Part shown: piece by piece, positions 62,252 to 64,000 of the stretch
Numbering within the stretch: the first letter of the stretch is position 1
Layout of the letters: every line of letters begins with the position of its first letter
From: Parasitella parasitica NRRL 2501
Taxonomy: Eukaryota; Fungi; Mucoromycota
Reading direction: 5' to 3'
DNA length: 64,000 nt
NCBI GenBank assembly: GCA_025201805.1
Contig: MU619319.1
Location: 52,044 to 116,043, forward strand
Translations under genes and position numbers: made by a program
Notes under the pieces: model-generated
Seen by the model: only the letters and a program-made list of their open reading frames with translations
The model's database searches: none
What the model was told of the DNA's origin: nothing

Positions 62252-64000
62252 ATGTTTCGACCGTACGATTCTCCAAGTAAGCCTACTTTATTTCTTACAA
62301 GGGAGCCCGTTGCTTAACCAAAATTAGGTACTCGTTCTTTTCATCTAGAAGATACAGACGACGAAGAGCATCATCAGCTTCCTCCAAACGCCTCCACACC
62401 AGAAAACCAGGCACTCTTAGCCTCAGAAGATCGGGTCCCCCGATATTTGACTTCATCACCTCGTAAGAAATAAATCCAAACTGATGTACACATAAAAAAA
62501 AAAAAAAGAAATACCAACATGCAATGTGGACACACAGTGCCTTCTGTTAGATTAAGTGAGGATGCTCCCAAAGGCGCATGGAACACTTTGAAAATTCGCT
62601 CTAAATACTACCTTCCTATCCTCCAATGGCTGCCACTATACAACAGACAGTTGTTCTTGGGCGATTGTCTTGCAGGCATAACTCTGGCCTGTTTATTGAT
62701 TCCTCAAGGTTTATCGTACGCAACTGCCCTGTGCAAGTTGGATGCAATTCATGGTTTGTATGGCATTACGTTTCCGGCTATTTCATATGCCTTCTTTGGG
62801 ATGTCGAGGTATGTATCCAGTATTTTATTGCAAGTAAACACACTTGACTTATCTGTGCATGCATGCTCGGCAGACAAATGTCAGTTGGACCTGAATCAAC
62901 ATTGGCTTTGTTAATTGGATCATCCATCGCACAACAAGAACATCTCAAGCACTCAGATGACTATGAGATTGACCCTTTAGCTTGGGCCTGCCTCATGACA
63001 TTCTTTGTTGGAGTGTTCACATTACTACTCGGCATATTTCGACTTGGATTTCTCGATAGTCTCATGAGCAGAGCACTATTACGCGGTTTCATCAGTGGTG
63101 TTGCGCTCGTAGTCATGGTGCAGCAGGCTATCACATTACTAGGTTTGGTGGAGCGTAGTAAAGAATGGGGCATCTCAGAAGCATCTACTACGATCGAGCG
63201 TTTGTATTTTTTGCTGCTGAATGTAAAGTATTCACATGGGCTGTCGTCTGCTGTGTCCATTATATCCATCGGCATTCTTTTGGTTATGCGTATAGTCAAA
63301 TCGAAATACTACCCCTCCAAGAAATGGTTCCAACTATTCCCAGATGTCTTGTTGGTCGTAGTTGGCTCCATCTTATTGACGCAGCATTTTGATTGGGATC
63401 ACAAAGGGCTGGCTATACTGGGTAAAATTGAAGGGGCTGGTATCCCTCTTCCTTACATCCCCTCTTTCCCGCCAAACAAGCACATGAAGGATTTGCTAGT
63501 TACATCTGCCATGATATCTGTTATTGGTTTTGTTGAATCTATTGTCATTGCAAAAATTTACTCAAGTCGCCACAACTACTCTGTTAGTGCAAATCGGGAA
63601 TTGGTAGCATTAGGAGTTGCCAATATATTCAGCGGTTTGTTCCAAGGGATACCCGCTTTTGGATCTGTAAGTATAAACAATTGTGTGTGTGGCATGTATT
63701 CAAAGCAATACAATGTATGTAGGTTTCAAGAAGCAAAATCAATGACAAGGCTGGTGCTCGTACTCAGATGGCTTGCCTCGTAACTGGAGTCGTTGCGCTT
63801 ATGGCCATCTTGTTTCTATTGCCTTACTTTCATTATCTACCCAAGGCTGTGCTCTCTGCCATTATTTTCGTAGCAGTACTTTCTCTCCTTTCAGAACTCC
63901 CTGAGGATCTACACTTTATATTCAAAATTGGTGCCTGGAGAGATTTGGGCTTGCTACTCATCACATTCTTTGCTACGATTATTATATCCCTTGAATTTGG
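62252..64000 (+). CDS. SLC26/SulP anion (sulfate) transporter, 3' end outside the window
   Basis: YYLPILQWLPLY..GDCLAGITLACLLIPQGLSYA, QMSVGPES, GFISGVA, NRELVALG.ANI, PAFGS|SRSKIND; N-terminal ENQALL dileucine motif suggests vacuolar sorting. Confidence 0.94.

Noticed and set aside
1-64000. U12-type introns, tRNA, rRNA, snoRNA or CRISPR arrays
   Set aside because: No RTATCCTT donor at the exon junctions I reconstructed, and no convincing tRNA or box C/D structure seen by eye; tRNAscan-SE/Infernal would be needed to exclude them.

Overview
Eukaryotic, AT-rich, intron-rich fungal DNA. Short GT-AG introns, gene content and the Tc1/IS630 relics point to Mucorales/Mucoromycota (inference). About 22 spliced protein genes can be reconstructed: SAC1, FIG4, 14-3-3, UBC9, MPC2 (absent from the ORF track), a velvet factor, a BAG co-chaperone, beta-tubulin, two low-complexity motif proteins, ADE13, PHO84, a Usv1-like C2H2 factor (cut by a gap), an F-box/zf-UBP/DUSP protein, NELF-B/COBRA1, RIA1/EFL1, a small secreted Cys-rich peptide, PTC7, RPL19, an LRRC58/28-like LRR protein, a CE16/GDSL esterase, a secreted Gly/Ala/Pro protein, MGST3 and an SLC26 transporter (runs off the end). 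Intergenic DNA holds degenerate Tc1/IS630 transposases, LINE fragments, a gamma-COP (SEC21) pseudogene fragment and a module-shuffled dispersed repeat. There are two assembly gaps (34487-34496, 38346-39250). No rRNA, tRNA or CRISPR was seen. Most notable: a fungal NELF-B (a Pol II pausing factor absent from yeasts) 79 bp upstream of EFL1; an F-box fused to USP20/33-type accessory domains with no protease domain; tandem FIG4-SAC1; and a beta-tubulin with natural Y167/A198 benzimidazole-resistance residues. All family assignments come from motif recognition by eye, not database searches.
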